Assembly: GCA_013416795.1 (NCBI GenBank)
Contig: RQSC01000014.1
Span: 287,597-351,596, forward strand
Length of the DNA: 64,000 bases
Source of the DNA: Prasinococcaceae sp. CCMP 1430
Taxonomy: Eukaryota > Plantae > Prasinodermophyta
Reading direction: 5' to 3'
The notes under the pieces were generated by a model, which worked only from the letters and a program-made list of their open reading frames with translations, had not been told where the DNA came from and ran no database searches. Numbering within the stretch: the stretch's first letter is position 1; every line of letters starts with the position of its first letter. Below, in pieces: positions 33,001 to 43,810 of the stretch. The translations under genes and the position numbers were made by a program.

Positions 33001-33701
33001 CGCCCGCGGCGATGGCGGGTGCGTGCGGGGGTGCGGCACAGTTCCTTTTACGCTGTGTGAGCCACGCGGAGGGCGACGCATGTGTTGGAGTTGCAACGCG
33101 TGCGCTGTCCGACGCGACTGCTCAATGCCTCGACCGGCGCGGCGGGCGGACCCTCGGGCGCGTGCTGCGCGCATGCGCGGCGAGGTCTCACGCAGCCGCG
33201 CGGGCGGTGTGCGAGGCGGCCGCGCCGCGTGTGGGCGGCGGCTCGGCCGCTCGCTCGGAGTTCGCGCGCGTGGAGGCGGCACAGCTTGCACTGGCCGGCG
33301 CGCGCAATCTATGTGTTGCGGGCGATGCGAGCGCCAAGGCTTCGCGCGAGGCCGTGAAGGCCGCATGCGCCGCCGCCGATGCGCCACTTGCGGCGCTCGC
33401 TCGCGATCGGGAGGGCTTCAACAACGCGCGGCATCGAGCGCAAGCTCTGGCTGAGGCGCGCACACTAGCGGCCGCGCTGCTGCGTGCGGGTGGAACACTG
33501 CCGGCGCTTGCGGCCGCTGCACCAGATGCGTTGGCCGAGGCGCAGGACGAGGCGAACGAGCTGAGTGGCAAGGTGCGGCAGGCACTGCGGCTGCTCGCGC
33601 GCACGGCGTCGGGCGAAGACGGCAAGCGCAAGGGCAACGGCAAGCCGGCGGAGGTTTCGGAGAGCCCCAAGAAGAGGCGCAAACGCGCCAGCAAGGCGTG
33701 A
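30078..33701 (+). CDS. MYBBP1A: MYBBP1A/Pol5 (DNA polymerase phi family) nucleolar protein; start uncertain
   Basis: Motifs FWELAS...AAV, YTRRRLCRGLGSGRGGARQGF, RDALIGRVFG, EPMDVLVDVVL, an acidic tract, DMDDAAMFRTDKAL, EHFRSR and a basic C-terminal NLS. Confidence 0.88.
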   Translation: MEAFWELASVHASDRAAAVRVLAAATPSLVDSTYTRRRLCRGLGSGRGGARQGFAAALAHLVADRAGSDSDWTPAAVLDEMDSALEISGGMKGPEVRDALIGRVFGFAALARAHAAGAAMGADAWAPRCVAGLVECYHAKAFLREAAVDALLAVAGALDDAELARHVCAHEGFAALLCAPAEELSAEALLLVVRLRARLPAELRARVEVLSRDADGGACASSDDALFGSAAAVARLVPALRDGTRAHPRLHSVWGALREALLPDGGDDESAATEARLCTFWRAAVDKGLCESSGERRYAALSLAVAWMPAVPPRALLRTALSRDVLATVVAGIGSGKKGKGEGDNLLTKAAKECLSSIVAFASSAEGRARGVGASLALGLLQHADAGAKLLVRGSAVATLVDELDEDGVAQYVDQLEADFLTPSVDAAADADEDETGVQGAETAEARANAAAHEHRSWALTQMCGTHRLPQLPRSARAALRARSARFLATHAFFVAKPSAKGDKTPSKRSRGAAKKTAAVATPALVDTTRALAAARLMSLLADSLKERPEAGADGAGSEGRDAPVAMSTATLDAVCAHVDECEASREWELAAEISEGVATARATLAAAPGAMALEAPAGAGAGEGATRAAARALMSALRLSLLAPDAEHADASEDLVSALTKLFPAPTKAKKTPAKKSKKAASADAAEEEPEPMDVLVDVVLAVEASPSPLLRPLAETLFRGTCARVSQTGLADIVRVVTTESNTATAAGDDDGVLVEGDSDDEGSDEDDYDDDMESDEESDEGGDGAGVFGVAGGAAARSRGSVGAQSSDDESDGSGSGSESESEEDGMDMDDAAMFRTDKALSAHLSLVRERARARREATQALEHFRSRACGLLEACAGRRPCPAHAFVDVVPQLLALVSKAVVTSKGAATDASRGSQAQLTALGSRVAGLLKRLSSADVARGEAGEAAALGDAAAAALAKVLSRSRKQSKAPPAAMAGACGGAAQFLLRCVSHAEGDACVGVATRALSDATAQCLDRRGGRTLGRVLRACAARSHAAARAVCEAAAPRVGGGSAARSEFARVEAAQLALAGARNLCVAGDASAKASREAVKAACAAADAPLAALARDREGFNNARHRAQALAEARTLAAALLRAGGTLPALAAAAPDALAEAQDEANELSGKVRQALRLLARTASGEDGKRKGNGKPAEVSESPKKRRKRASKA

Positions 33702-33986
33702 GGCGACTTTGTGGCGGCGGTGTGCTGGCGGCGTCGCATGCGACAACGTGCGGCGCGCGCCACAGACGCCAATTAAGCCAGCTGAATGCACGCCCGCGTT
33801 GGCCATGCTCGCCCCCAGCCCCAGCTGATGCGTACGCGCTGGGCACTGCGTGTTCGGCGGCGTGTCTGGTCAAGTGCGATTTGAGGGTGATTTTCAGTGT
33901 TGGGCTGCGCCCACGCGCACGCGAGCTGGGGCACGGGCGCCGCGGCGCAGCAGATGGCGCGGGCCTCGCCCGCTCGCTCCCCAGCG

Positions 33987-34790
33987 CTAGCTACCCTGGA
34001 GCATGCGGTCAAGCTGCGCCACCTGTTCCTTCAGCGCCCCGTACTTGCGAACGTCAAAGCCCTGCTTGGCGTATAAGGTGTCCATGCGTTGGCAAACGAT
34101 CTTCTGGAAGACGTTCTGGTTGGTGCACTCTCTCTCGGTGGTCATGAAGTAGGTGTAGCCCCCAATCATGAGCGCGAGGCCGGTGAAGTAGCTCACCGGC
34201 TCCATCACTGCGGCGCGGGCGGGGAGGGATGGCGCACGCGCGTCAGGAACGCGCCGCGCGGCAATGCAGCACGAGCGCGGCACAGGGGCGCCATCTGGGG
34301 CGTCCCCCTCACCGTCCCAGGACAGCTCGTAGAATGTGAGCTGGTAGAAGACGCCGAATTGCGTGAGCAGCCCCGCGTAGCCCGTCCACAGGATTGCCCT
34401 GGCGCGTCGCACAGCCGACCTTTCGATCTCGTCGTGCTCAGCGGCGAGCGGCTTGAGCTCGTCGTTTACGCGCTCGCGAAGCTCTGACAGGCGCTTGCGC
34501 AGGCTGTCCGTGAGCACCACGCCTCCCCCCTCCGCCGTGCCCCTCGCGCCCAAGGCCGCGCCCACTGCGGCAGTGAGCACCTCGGGCCTGAGCAGGACGT
34601 CGTCGCGCACGCGCAGCACGACACCTGCGTCGTGAAGGGCGTCGACCACGCGCTCGGCGTGTTCATCACTTTCCGCCGCACCCGCGTCACGGGCGAGAGC
34701 TACGAGCTCCTCGCGCGGCATGGTCGCGCGCGTCGCGCCATGCACGCTGAGCGCCTCGCGCAAGGCCCGCACGGACGCGCCGCGCAGCAC
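33987..34790 (-). CDS. MCU: Mitochondrial calcium uniporter, intron 34208-34312; true start upstream and unresolved
   Basis: Splicing GTGAGG...CCTGAC...GCAG gives TFYELSWD-VMEPVSYF (DIME filter) between two TM helices. The frame extends upstream through a transit-peptide-like Ala/Arg stretch. Confidence 0.9.
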   Translation of the reverse strand: MLRGASVRALREALSVHGATRATMPREELVALARDAGAAESDEHAERVVDALHDAGVVLRVRDDVLLRPEVLTAAVGAALGARGTAEGGGVVLTDSLRKRLSELRERVNDELKPLAAEHDEIERSAVRRARAILWTGYAGLLTQFGVFYQLTFYELSWDGEGDAPDGAPVPRSCCIAARRVPDARAPSLPARAAVMEPVSYFTGLALMIGGYTYFMTTERECTNQNVFQKIVCQRMDTLYAKQGFDVRKYGALKEQVAQLDRMLQGS

Positions 34791-35423
34791 CTCGGACTGC
34801 TCATCGGCAGAAAGCTCGAACGCCTCTCCGCCGTCGGTGCCGCTCGCCGCAAACCCGCGCAGCCCGGCCCCGAAACCGAGGCGCGGTGCAGCAGGCGCGT
34901 CCCTCGCGGGCGCCGCGGCCGCGGCCGCGGCCGTCGCGCGCGCGCGGACGTCGCCGTCGCGACGCCCGCCCGCGCGGACTCGTTTTGCCCTACATTACAT
35001 ACACTCGCCCGTGTGTAGCTCCAGCAGACTCCACATCAAAACACGTCCGCCCGCGCGCGCGCCCGTCGCGATCCGCGCGCGAGAGGTCAAACCGCATCTG
35101 TACGCGGCGTGCGCCCGCGCGCGGAAGAGGAAAAAAAAAAGGCGCCCGCGACGAACCGCGCGCGGTCGGAGGGGCCAAACTGTTGCTCGGTTCGGGCACG
35201 TCAGAATCCATTGCTGTGTCCCGTCCGTTTCCGGTCGAGTTCCTCCCGAAAACTCAATGTGCCTGCCTGCGAGGGCGGTGTTCCTCGTACGAGGAAAATC
35301 GTGAGAGGCGAGGTCGGCTCTGCGTGTGCCGAATTTGGGTTTGGTGTTTGAGCCCTAATCCGAGGCGCGCGCGCGCAGCGCCGGCGCCCCCGGACGCCCG
35401 GCCGCCCCGCGGCTCGGCAGGCN

Positions 35424-36145
35424 TTCGCGGCAGCGCTCCTCGCAGCGGCGGGGCTGGACGCGCCCGCACCGGCGCGGCCGCCGCCGTTGCTCGGCGCGGG
35501 GGTGGCAGAGCAGCCGCTCGCCGAGTCAGCCGAGGCCGCTGGCGGCGGTGCGTACGTCCTGCGCGCCGCCGCCTCCGGTGCCGCGTTCGCCGCACCGCGC
35601 GAGTGGAGCTTCGCTTCGCTCGCGGCAGCCGGACTCCGCGGCTCGTCGCGGCGCAGTGCGACGCCAGACTTCACGTACTGCGAAGAGATGCACCCGGCGG
35701 TGGCGGCGGGCACTTTTGCTCCACCCAGCACGAGCCGCCCAATGTCGGCGCTCGAGTGGGCCGCCCGCGCCGCCCTTGGCGCACGAGAACGCGCGGCTGG
35801 GCCTTTCTACTACCTGCAAGCGGCGCTCACGGGCTCTCCTCTCGAAAGCGAGGCGGAGGCCGCCGCATCAGCTGCCGCCGCCGCCGCTAGGCTGCCAGGT
35901 GGGCGCGCGACGCAGCCCCCGCGCGCGTGGTGCAGCCGCGCGGGCTACGTCTCGACGCTGCACTACGACGCCAGCGACTCGCTCCTGATGCAGCTCCGAG
36001 GCAGCAAGACCATCGTCGTGTGGCCGCGCGCGGCGCTCGAGTCGCTGCGCCCTTACCCAGACTCCCATCCGCTGCGTCGACGCTGCCGCGCCGACCCGCG
36101 CCTCCCCGCGGGTGCGCCCGAGGGGGTTCCTGCGGGCGGGGCGCG
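35424..36145 (+). CDS. JmjC/cupin-8 2OG-Fe(II) oxygenase fragment (first half of the JmjC fold)
   Basis: YYLQ, W..RAGYVSTLHYDASDSLLMQLRGSKTIVVWP and LRPYPDSHPLRRRC are present. The C-terminal strands with the third Fe ligand are not seen. The ORF begins at an N join. Confidence 0.7.
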
Positions 36146-36378
36146 GTGCGTGGCGCGGCGCCGGCGGAGGCGCGCTCGCGGCGCCTTCGTTGCAGCAGCT
36201 GCTGACGCCTCACGCTACTCTCGACCAACCCCTTCACACGCCTCCACGCCCCCCCTCCGTCATCCTCTACCCACGGGCCAATGACCCCGTACTCCGCTCT
36301 TCTCGACGCATCCTCTCTTTTGGCGTTGCCGCGCCTGTGGCTCCCCTGCCGCGTTGGCGCCGCCGCGGGCTCGAACAG

Positions 36379-38817
36379 AGCGGACACGTTCCGCATTCTC
36401 ATCGCCACTGACAACCATCTCGGGCTGAACGAAAAGTGCCAGGAGCGCAAGAATGACTCCTTCGAAGCGTTCGAGGAGGTGCTGAAGATGGCGGTGAAGA
36501 TGAAGGTGGACTTCCTGCTGCTCGATGGCGACCTCTTTCACGACAACGTGCCCAGCCGCGCGACGATGGTGCGCACGATGGACATGCTGCGCAAGTACTG
36601 CATCGGCGACGGCGCGGTGCGCTTCCAGGTCGTAAGCGACCAAGCGCGCAACTTCGACCGAGTGGGCGCCAGCAACGTGGTGAATTTCGAAGGTGCGTAG
36701 TGCCGCGCTCCTGGGACACCGCACGTCCGCGCCCGGTGTGCCTCCGGGCGCCGCCACTGGCTCTGCCGAACCTCGCGCCGTTGGTAGCGCTGACGCGAAC
36801 GCCCCATCCTCCGCGCGCTCGCGTTCCTCCGCCCGTGCCCGACGCCGCCTATCTGCCCGCGCACTGTCACACCCTCGCGCCAGATGAGCACTTGAACGTC
36901 AAGCTGCCCGTGTTCTGCATCCACGGCAACCACGACGATCCGACCGGCGCCGACCATCACAGCGCCCTCGACGTGCTCAGCTCCGCGCAGCTTGTCAATT
37001 ACTTCGGCAAGGCCCAGACGACCGTTCAGCCGAACGGCAAGGACACCACCGGCGCCATCAAGGTATGGCCCGTGCTGATGGTGAAGGGCGAAACGAAGCT
37101 CGCGCTGTACGGCCTCGGAAACATGCGTGATGAGCGCCTCCATCGCATGTTCCACCAGCCCGAGCACGTCAAATTCGTGCGCCCCGCAGGCGACAACAAG
37201 GACGACTGGTTCTCCGTTTTCGGCATCCACCAGAATCGCGAGGGATACGGATCCAAGGCGTTCATACCTCACAACGTGCTTCCGGACTTTCTGGACCTGA
37301 TCGTGTGGGGACACGAGCACGAGTCGAAGCCCGAACCGGAGAGTGTGCAGGGACTGGAAAAGGCGGTTGTCCTGCAGCCAGGCTCAACAGTCGTGATGCA
37401 GCTCACCGAGGCAGAGTCCAAACGCAAGCACGCGTGCTTGCTGGAGGTGCGCAGCGGGCAATACCGCGTGACGCCCAAGCCCATCCCCAACCAGCGCCCC
37501 TTCATCTTCGCCAGCGTCGCTCTGAGAGACCACATCGCCGCGGAGGAGGCGCAGGACTCGGAAGCGGTCGCGCGCTTCCTGCAGGACCACGTGGAGGGTC
37601 TGCTCTCTGAGCACGCGGACGAAATGGCCATGCGCGACGAGGACGCGCGAAATGAAGGCAGGGCGGGCGAAAGCAGCTGGCTGGATCCGCACAAGAAGCC
37701 GCTCGTGCGCGTCAAGGTCGACTACTCGGGCAAGGACAACAACAGGCCCTACACCACCATCAACGTGCAGCGCTTCGGGCAGGAGTTCGTCGGCAAGGTT
37801 GCCAATCCCAAGGACATTCTGAACTTCTCCAAGGCGGCGAGCAAGGCGCAGGGCAGAAAGGCGGCGGCGCATGGCTCGACGGCCAACGCAGAGATCGCTC
37901 GAGAAGAGGAGCTTCTGCGCAACGCAGGTGGCGGCGGGGGCAGACAAATCGAGCAGCTCGTGTCGCAGAATCTGTCCGCGGAGATGTCGATCATCGACGA
38001 CAGGGACCTCAGCCTGGCGCTGCAGAAGTACGTGCACAAGGACGACAAGAGTGCATTCATGGACATGGTGCGCGCCAAAATCGAGGAGACTGCGAAGGTC
38101 ATGAAGCAGCGCGATGCGACGAACTTGGGGAGCGAGCAAGAGGTGCAGGCGGCCGTGCGGGATCACGCACAGGCGCTTATGAAGAAACGCAGGGAGGCTG
38201 AGGGTGACGGCGACGAAGCGGTGGGCGGCGCCTCGACGGGCCCCGCCGCAGCTGCGAAGGGCAAGGCCAAAGCGAGGGCGCCGCTGAGGCAGGCGACGCT
38301 GGCCGACATGGACGCCAACCGCGAGGGGGGTGCACAAGCCAAGAAGCGCGGTCGCGCTGAGGCCGATGCGGCCTCCGGTGGCGACGCCTTTGGCGAGGAA
38401 GGGCCAACGCCTGCGCGCGCGAGCAAGCGGGCCGCGGCTGTGACGCGCAAGTCGCCGCGTGGGAAGGCACCGGCAGCGGCGGCAACGAGGGGTCGCAGCA
38501 CCCGCGGAGGTGGGCGCGCCACTGCGAGGTGTGAGGCGCAAGTACTCGACACAGACAGCGACGAGGACGATCCTGCATTCGCCCCAACTGAGGATGGCGG
38601 ATCTGAGGACAGCGAGATGGAAGAGGCTGCAGAAGCACCCAAGATGACCAGCAGGGGGCGCGCCGCCTCGCAGCGCGGCGCCGTCCGGGCGTCGCAACGC
38701 GGCACCACGCGAGGCACGCAGCGCGGCACGCAGCGCACGCGCGGCGGCAGCCAGCGGGCGACGCGTGCCGGTGGCGGCAATGACGATGACGACGACGGCC
38801 CTGGGTACCGCTTCTGA
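36379..38817 (+). CDS. MRE11: Double-strand break repair nuclease MRE11, exons 36379..36692 and 36884..38817, plus an upstream exon ending at 36145
   Basis: Phosphoesterase motifs ATDNHLG, GDLFHDN, HGNHDDP, IHQNR and WGHEH, with an RG-rich C-terminal tail. Introns at 36146-36378 and 36693-36883 are phase-consistent. Confidence 0.96.
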
Positions 38818-39088
38818 GCCTCACGTGGGTGAGAAAGTAGCTACTGACTCCTGCCTACGCCAGCAGCGCATAATGAGACGACAGCGGCGCAATGAGTGTG
38901 CGCGTACGAACCGAGTGCGCGTGCGAAGGCACCATGAGCGCGGGCATCGGGCGCTCTAGCGCACCGAGCGCGCGCGCGCGCGCACCGCATTAATACTGAT
39001 CGAAACACGAGCGTCGGGCGGCTTTGCGGCCGCTACACACATCTTGAGCCGCGTTGCCAAAAAATGAGCTGTGAGCCCCGTGAGTTCG

Positions 39089-39930
39089 TTAATGCTCGAG
39101 CCCTGGCGCCTTGTCGGCGCCCGTGTAATCGTAGATGTGCTGCGCGTCTTTGGGCCGCAAGAACAGAGAGCGCCGCTCGGCGCCAAAGGGGATCTTGTCT
39201 GACACCTGCGCAGCTCGAGCGTGAAAAGGTGGCGATGCGCCGATGGGTGTTGGTGTGGATGCAGGAAAGGCGCAAATGTGTGAGCCCGCGCGCGCGCTGG
39301 GGGTGCCCGCAGGAGGTCGCCCTCCCGTACACTCGCTCGCGCGCCTACGAGCAGTTCCAACGCACGCACCTCGTCCACCTTGTCTGCGGCGCCACAGGTC
39401 GTGAGGTCGAACGTAGTGATCACCTTCTCGCGGCTTCGGCGCTGTGAGTGAGTGTAGTATTTGATGTCGTACACGCGCTCGGGGGACGACCTCGGAATGA
39501 TGGCCGTCTCGGCCTTAGCCCTGCACGGGCGAGCCGGCGCGGGTGCGCAGCGAGCGTCAGCGCGATGTTCACGCACGGCGCCATGCTCTGAGGCCCCCCA
39601 CACGCCCGCGCGTCCGTGCCAGGCGCGCTCGTGTGCCAGGTGCGGCCGGCGCCCAAACCCAAAAAGCGCCGCCGGGCGAGACAAACGCGCAGACTGCGCA
39701 CCGGCGCGCGCGGGCGCCGCAGCAGCGCGGCGCGCGCACCTCAGGTTGGTTCGGTAGTCCGTGGCTTCCACAACCGCCTCGTTCCACTTCTCTGGGTCCG
39801 ACGCCGGGCCCGAGAGCGGCTTCCACGGCCTCCAGCCGAGCAGGCCGATGAATCCGCCGCTGTGCGCTGTCTCAGTCGCGTAGCCCGCGCGCGCGCCGAG
39901 CGCGCGCGCGGGCGCGGCGAGCGCCGCGGC
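39089..39930 (-). CDS. NDUFA7: Complex I subunit B14.5a/NDUFA7, exons 39740..>39930, 39370..39520, 39089..39205; 5' end in gap
   Basis: KPLSGPASDPEKWNEAVVEATDYR and AIIPRSSPERVYDIKYYTHSQRRSR resemble plant B14.5a (KPWQITGPCAHPEY...ATEYR; AIVPSSDPETVYNI...DQRRNR). Confidence 0.75.
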
Positions 39931-40832
39931 NNNNNNNNNNNNNNNNNNNNNNNNNNNNNNNNNNNNNNNNNNNNNNNNNNNNNNNNNNNNNNNNNNNNNN
40001 NNNNNNNNNNNNNNNNNNNNNNNNNNNNNNNNNNNNNNNNNNNNNNNNNNNNNNNNNNNNNNNNNNNNNNNNNNNNNNNNNNNNNNNNNNNNNNNNNNNN
40101 NNNNNNNNNNNNNNNNNNNNNNNNNNNNNNNNNNNNNNNNNNNNNNNNNNNNNNNNNNNNNNNNNNNNNNNNNNNNNNNNNNNNNNNNNNNNNNNNNNNN
40201 NNNNNNNNNNNNNNNNNNNNNNNNNNNNNNNNNNNNNNNNNNNNNNNNNNNNNNNNNNNNNNNNNNNNNNNNNNNNNNNNNNNNNNNNNNNNNNNNNNNN
40301 NNNNNNNNNNNNNNNNNNNNNNNNNNNNNNNNNNNNNNNNNNNNNNNNNNNNNNNNNNNNNNNNNNNNNNNNNNNNNNNNNNNNNNNNNNNNNNNNNNNN
40401 NNNNNNNNNNNNNNNNNNNNNNNNNNNNNNNNNNNNNNNNNNNNNNNNNNNNNNNNNNNNNNNNNNNNNNNNNNNNNNNNNNNNNNNNNNNNNNNNNNNN
40501 NNNNNNNNNNNNNNNNNNNNNNNNNNNNNNNNNNNNNNNNNNNNNNNNNNNNNNNNNNNNNNNNNNNNNNNNNNNNNNNNNNNNNNNNNNNNNNNNNNNN
40601 NNNNNNNNNNNNNNNNNNNNNNNNNNNNNNNNNNNNNNNNNNNNNNNNNNNNNNNNNNNNNNNNNNNNNNNNNNNNNNNNNNNNNNNNNNNNNNNNNNNN
40701 NNNNNNNNNNNNNNNNNNNNNNNNNNNNNNNNNNNNNNNNNNNNNNNNNNNNNNNNNNNNNNNNNNNNNNNNNNNNNNNNNNNNNNNNNNNNNNNNNNNN
40801 NNNNNNNNNNNNNNNNNNNNNNNNNNNNNNNN
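39931..40832. other. Assembly gap
   Basis: Run of N. Confidence 1.
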
Positions 40833-40954
40833 GCGCGCTCGCGCGCCCGCTGGCGCAGGCGCTCGCGCCGCCGCTCGCTTCGCCCCCCGCGCGCCACCGG
40901 GATGCTGTGCTGACGACAGCTGCCCGCACGCTTGGCTCTCACCCGCTCTTGTAG

Positions 40955-41503
40955 AAAATCAACGACTCGCTCGCCGCGCAGGTCGTGTCCTCGCTGCTGT
41001 ACCTTGAGGCGCTTTCCCCCGAGGACGACATCCGCATCTACCTGAACACTCAGGGCGGCATGGGCCACAGCGTGATGGGCATCTACGACACCATGCAGTA
41101 CGTGCGCCCAGACGTGCAGACTGTCGCGCTGGGCGTGGTGGGCTCGAGCGCGAACCTGCTGCTCGCGGGCGGCACGGCGGGCAAGCGCATGTCCACGACC
41201 AACGCGCGTGTCATGCTGGGGCAGCCGTTCGGCGGCGCGGCGGGTAGCGTGGTTGACGCGACCATCACGAGCAACGAGCTCGTCAGGCAGCGCGCGGTGA
41301 TCAACGAGCTCTACGCCAAGCACACAGGTCTTCCCGTGAGCGAGGTCGCCGCGCTGTGCGACCGCGACCGCTTCCTCTCGGGCCCGGAGGCCAAGGAGCT
41401 CAAGTTCATCGACGAGGTCATCGATGAGGAGTACGGTATCTTCGGGCCCGTGCCGGAGAGCTGCACGCTGCCCGAGTACGCCGCGCTCGACACGGTGGGC
41501 TAG
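40955..41503 (+). CDS. ClpP-family subunit, last exon; probably non-proteolytic (ClpR-type)
   Basis: LLYLEA...DIRIYLNTQGG...IYDTMQYVRPDVQTV, LLAGGTAGKR, DRDRFLS and LKFIDEV are present. The HQP motif reads GQP. Acceptor TTGTAG ends at 40954. Confidence 0.85.
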   Translation, partial: KINDSLAAQVVSSLLYLEALSPEDDIRIYLNTQGGMGHSVMGIYDTMQYVRPDVQTVALGVVGSSANLLLAGGTAGKRMSTTNARVMLGQPFGGAAGSVVDATITSNELVRQRAVINELYAKHTGLPVSEVAALCDRDRFLSGPEAKELKFIDEVIDEEYGIFGPVPESCTLPEYAALDTVG

Positions 41504-42058
41504 GCTGGTCTCCTGCGCGCGCGAGGGGGCGAGTGCGATGCTCGCGCTCATGTCTGCTTTGCGTCGCTGGCCCGGCGCTCGCACGCTTGCGTGTGCGTTG
41601 CACGGCCAGCCGCCTTCCACCCCCGTGTGCGGGGCTTAATACATTTTCATCTGCGTCACAGAAGCGCTGGTTCCTTTTGCACCGCATGGCCATGCTATGT
41701 GAATGAATCGCCCGTGGGACAATTTCATCTTCATTTTGTCGAATTTGTGGACCTCCCTGGAGCTGCAGCGCTCTGCTTCACGGCGATCAGATACCGAGGC
41801 GCGGACCGTAGCGCGTACCATCGCGATGGCGGAGATGGAGATGCGTTCGCGCACCATAACGTGCGCGCCGCGCTGGCGCCCCCCCTCCCCCCCTCCACCG
41901 CCCGACTCCGAGCCCCTTCCACCCACGCGCGAGGTCGCCGCCAGCTCGGCCCCCGCCGCGCCTCCCCCCCCCTTCCTTGGCCCGCTCCCGTCCACCCTGC
42001 GCCCAGGCCCAGGACCGCCCGCAGCCGCGGCGCGCGCGAGCAACATTTTGGTCGCGCC

Positions 42059-43810
42059 ATGAGCGGCAACGCGCACGAGATGTGCATGGGCGAGTTCGAG
42101 CGCGCCGCCAAGCGCGCCCGGGCGGGCTGCGCGCCGCCGTTTGCCGAGGAGTTCCCGTTCTCGCAGCAGGAGAAGCGCGCGCGGGCGCCGTACGGCGAGA
42201 TGAACCTGCTGCACGGCAAGGAGGCGGTGGGGCACGACGCCATGCACGCCGCTGGGGTCACAGACGAGGGGCCAATGCCCGTGCCGGAATCGTACTTCCG
42301 CGGCATGAACGGTTTCGACGAGGTGCGCATGCTGAGACGAACGCCTGCGTGCGCGGGGGCGGCGCGTCGCTTGGTGGCGCTGGCGCGAGTCAAGGGCGCT
42401 GACGCGCCCGCGGCGCGCCGCGCCGCGCGCCCCGCGCGTGTCACCGCGCGATCGTGATCGCACCGCGCAGCACTACGATTTGGTGATCGTCGGCTGCGGC
42501 CTGTCGGGCTGCGTGATCGCCGAGCGCGCTCTCGCCGAGTTCGGATACAAGTCGCTCATCATCGACAAGCGCGACCACATCGGCGGGAACTGCTACGACT
42601 ACCTGGACCGCCACGGCATTCGCGTGTCCCTGTATGGCGTGCACCTGTTTCACACCAAGTTTGAGCGTGTGCGCGAGTACGTCTCCAAGTTCTCCGAGTG
42701 GATGCCGTATGAGCACCGCGTCAAGGCGCGCGTCTCGGACGTCAGGGGCGACTTCAAAAGCGTGCCCGTGCCGCCCGTGCAACAAGCCGTCAATACGCTC
42801 TTCGACGCGAACGTCAACAGGTGCGTGGACGTGTGAGCGCCGCGAGCGCGGTGGGACGGCGAAGCTTGCAGGCGCCTGCTCGTGCGCTGCTGACTGTCGA
42901 TCGCCCCGGTCTCCAACGAACGCCGCCCACCGCCGGAATCCCGAACAGCGAGGAGGAGATGCTCGCGTGGCTGGACGAGCGCCGCCCGAAGATCGACAAC
43001 CCCGCCAACGGTGAGGAGGCGGCCCTCTCGCGCGTGGGCCCCGAGCTGTACGAGAAGATATTCAAGTATTACACGAAGAAACAGTGGGACAAGTATCCGG
43101 CGGAGCTCGACGCCAGCGTGCTCGCGCGCATTCCCTGCCGCACAAACACGGACGATCGCTACTTCGGCGACGACTGGCAGGCGCTGCCCGCGCGCGGGTA
43201 CACGCGCATCTTCGAGAACATGCTGTACCCCCACCAGGACAAGATCCACGTGCGCCTGGGCGTCGACTTCTTCGCCATGCGCGACAAGCTGCCCAAGCAC
43301 GATCTCCTGGTCTTCACTGGCCCCATCGACCGCTACTTCGCAGGCAAGGGCCTGCCCAAGCTCGAGTACCGCTCGCTCAAGTTCGAGTGCGAGTATCACG
43401 AGCCCGAGGGCGGCTACTACCAGGAGGCGCTGCAGGTGAACTATCCCGAGATGAAGTGCAAGGGCGAGGACGTCACCTACACGCGCATCACTGAGTACAA
43501 GCACAAGCCCAACCAGCCGGCGGGCGTGCACTCCAAGCCCGGTACTGTCATCTACAAGGAGTGGTCGTGCGACGACGGCGATCCGTACTACCCGGTGCCC
43601 AATCCTGCCAACCGCGAGCTGTACGAGAAGTACAAGGCCATGGCCGACGAGGAGAAGGGCGTGTGCTTCGTTGGCCGCCTCGCGAGCTACAAGTACTTCA
43701 ACATGGACCAGGCCATCCTCAACGCGCTCGAGATGTTCGACAACCTCAAGGAGACGGGCAAGCTCGCGCCCAAGACGGCCTTTGTGAACGGAATCGAGCC
43801 CAAGTACTGA
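42059..43810 (+). CDS. UGM: UDP-galactopyranose mutase, join(42059..42322,42471..42820,42949..43810), 491 aa
   Basis: Motifs DLVIVGCGLSG, IDKRDHIGGNCYD, YGVHLFHT, YTKKQW, LEYRSL, YTRITEYKH, DPYYPVP and GRLASYKYFNMDQAI. Both introns are canonical and phase-consistent. Confidence 0.95.

Noticed and set aside
41742-41750. AATTTGTGG, identical to the U1 snRNA Sm site
   Set aside because: No ATACTTACCTG 5' end or U1 stem-loops nearby; a chance 9-mer in an AT-richer intergenic region.
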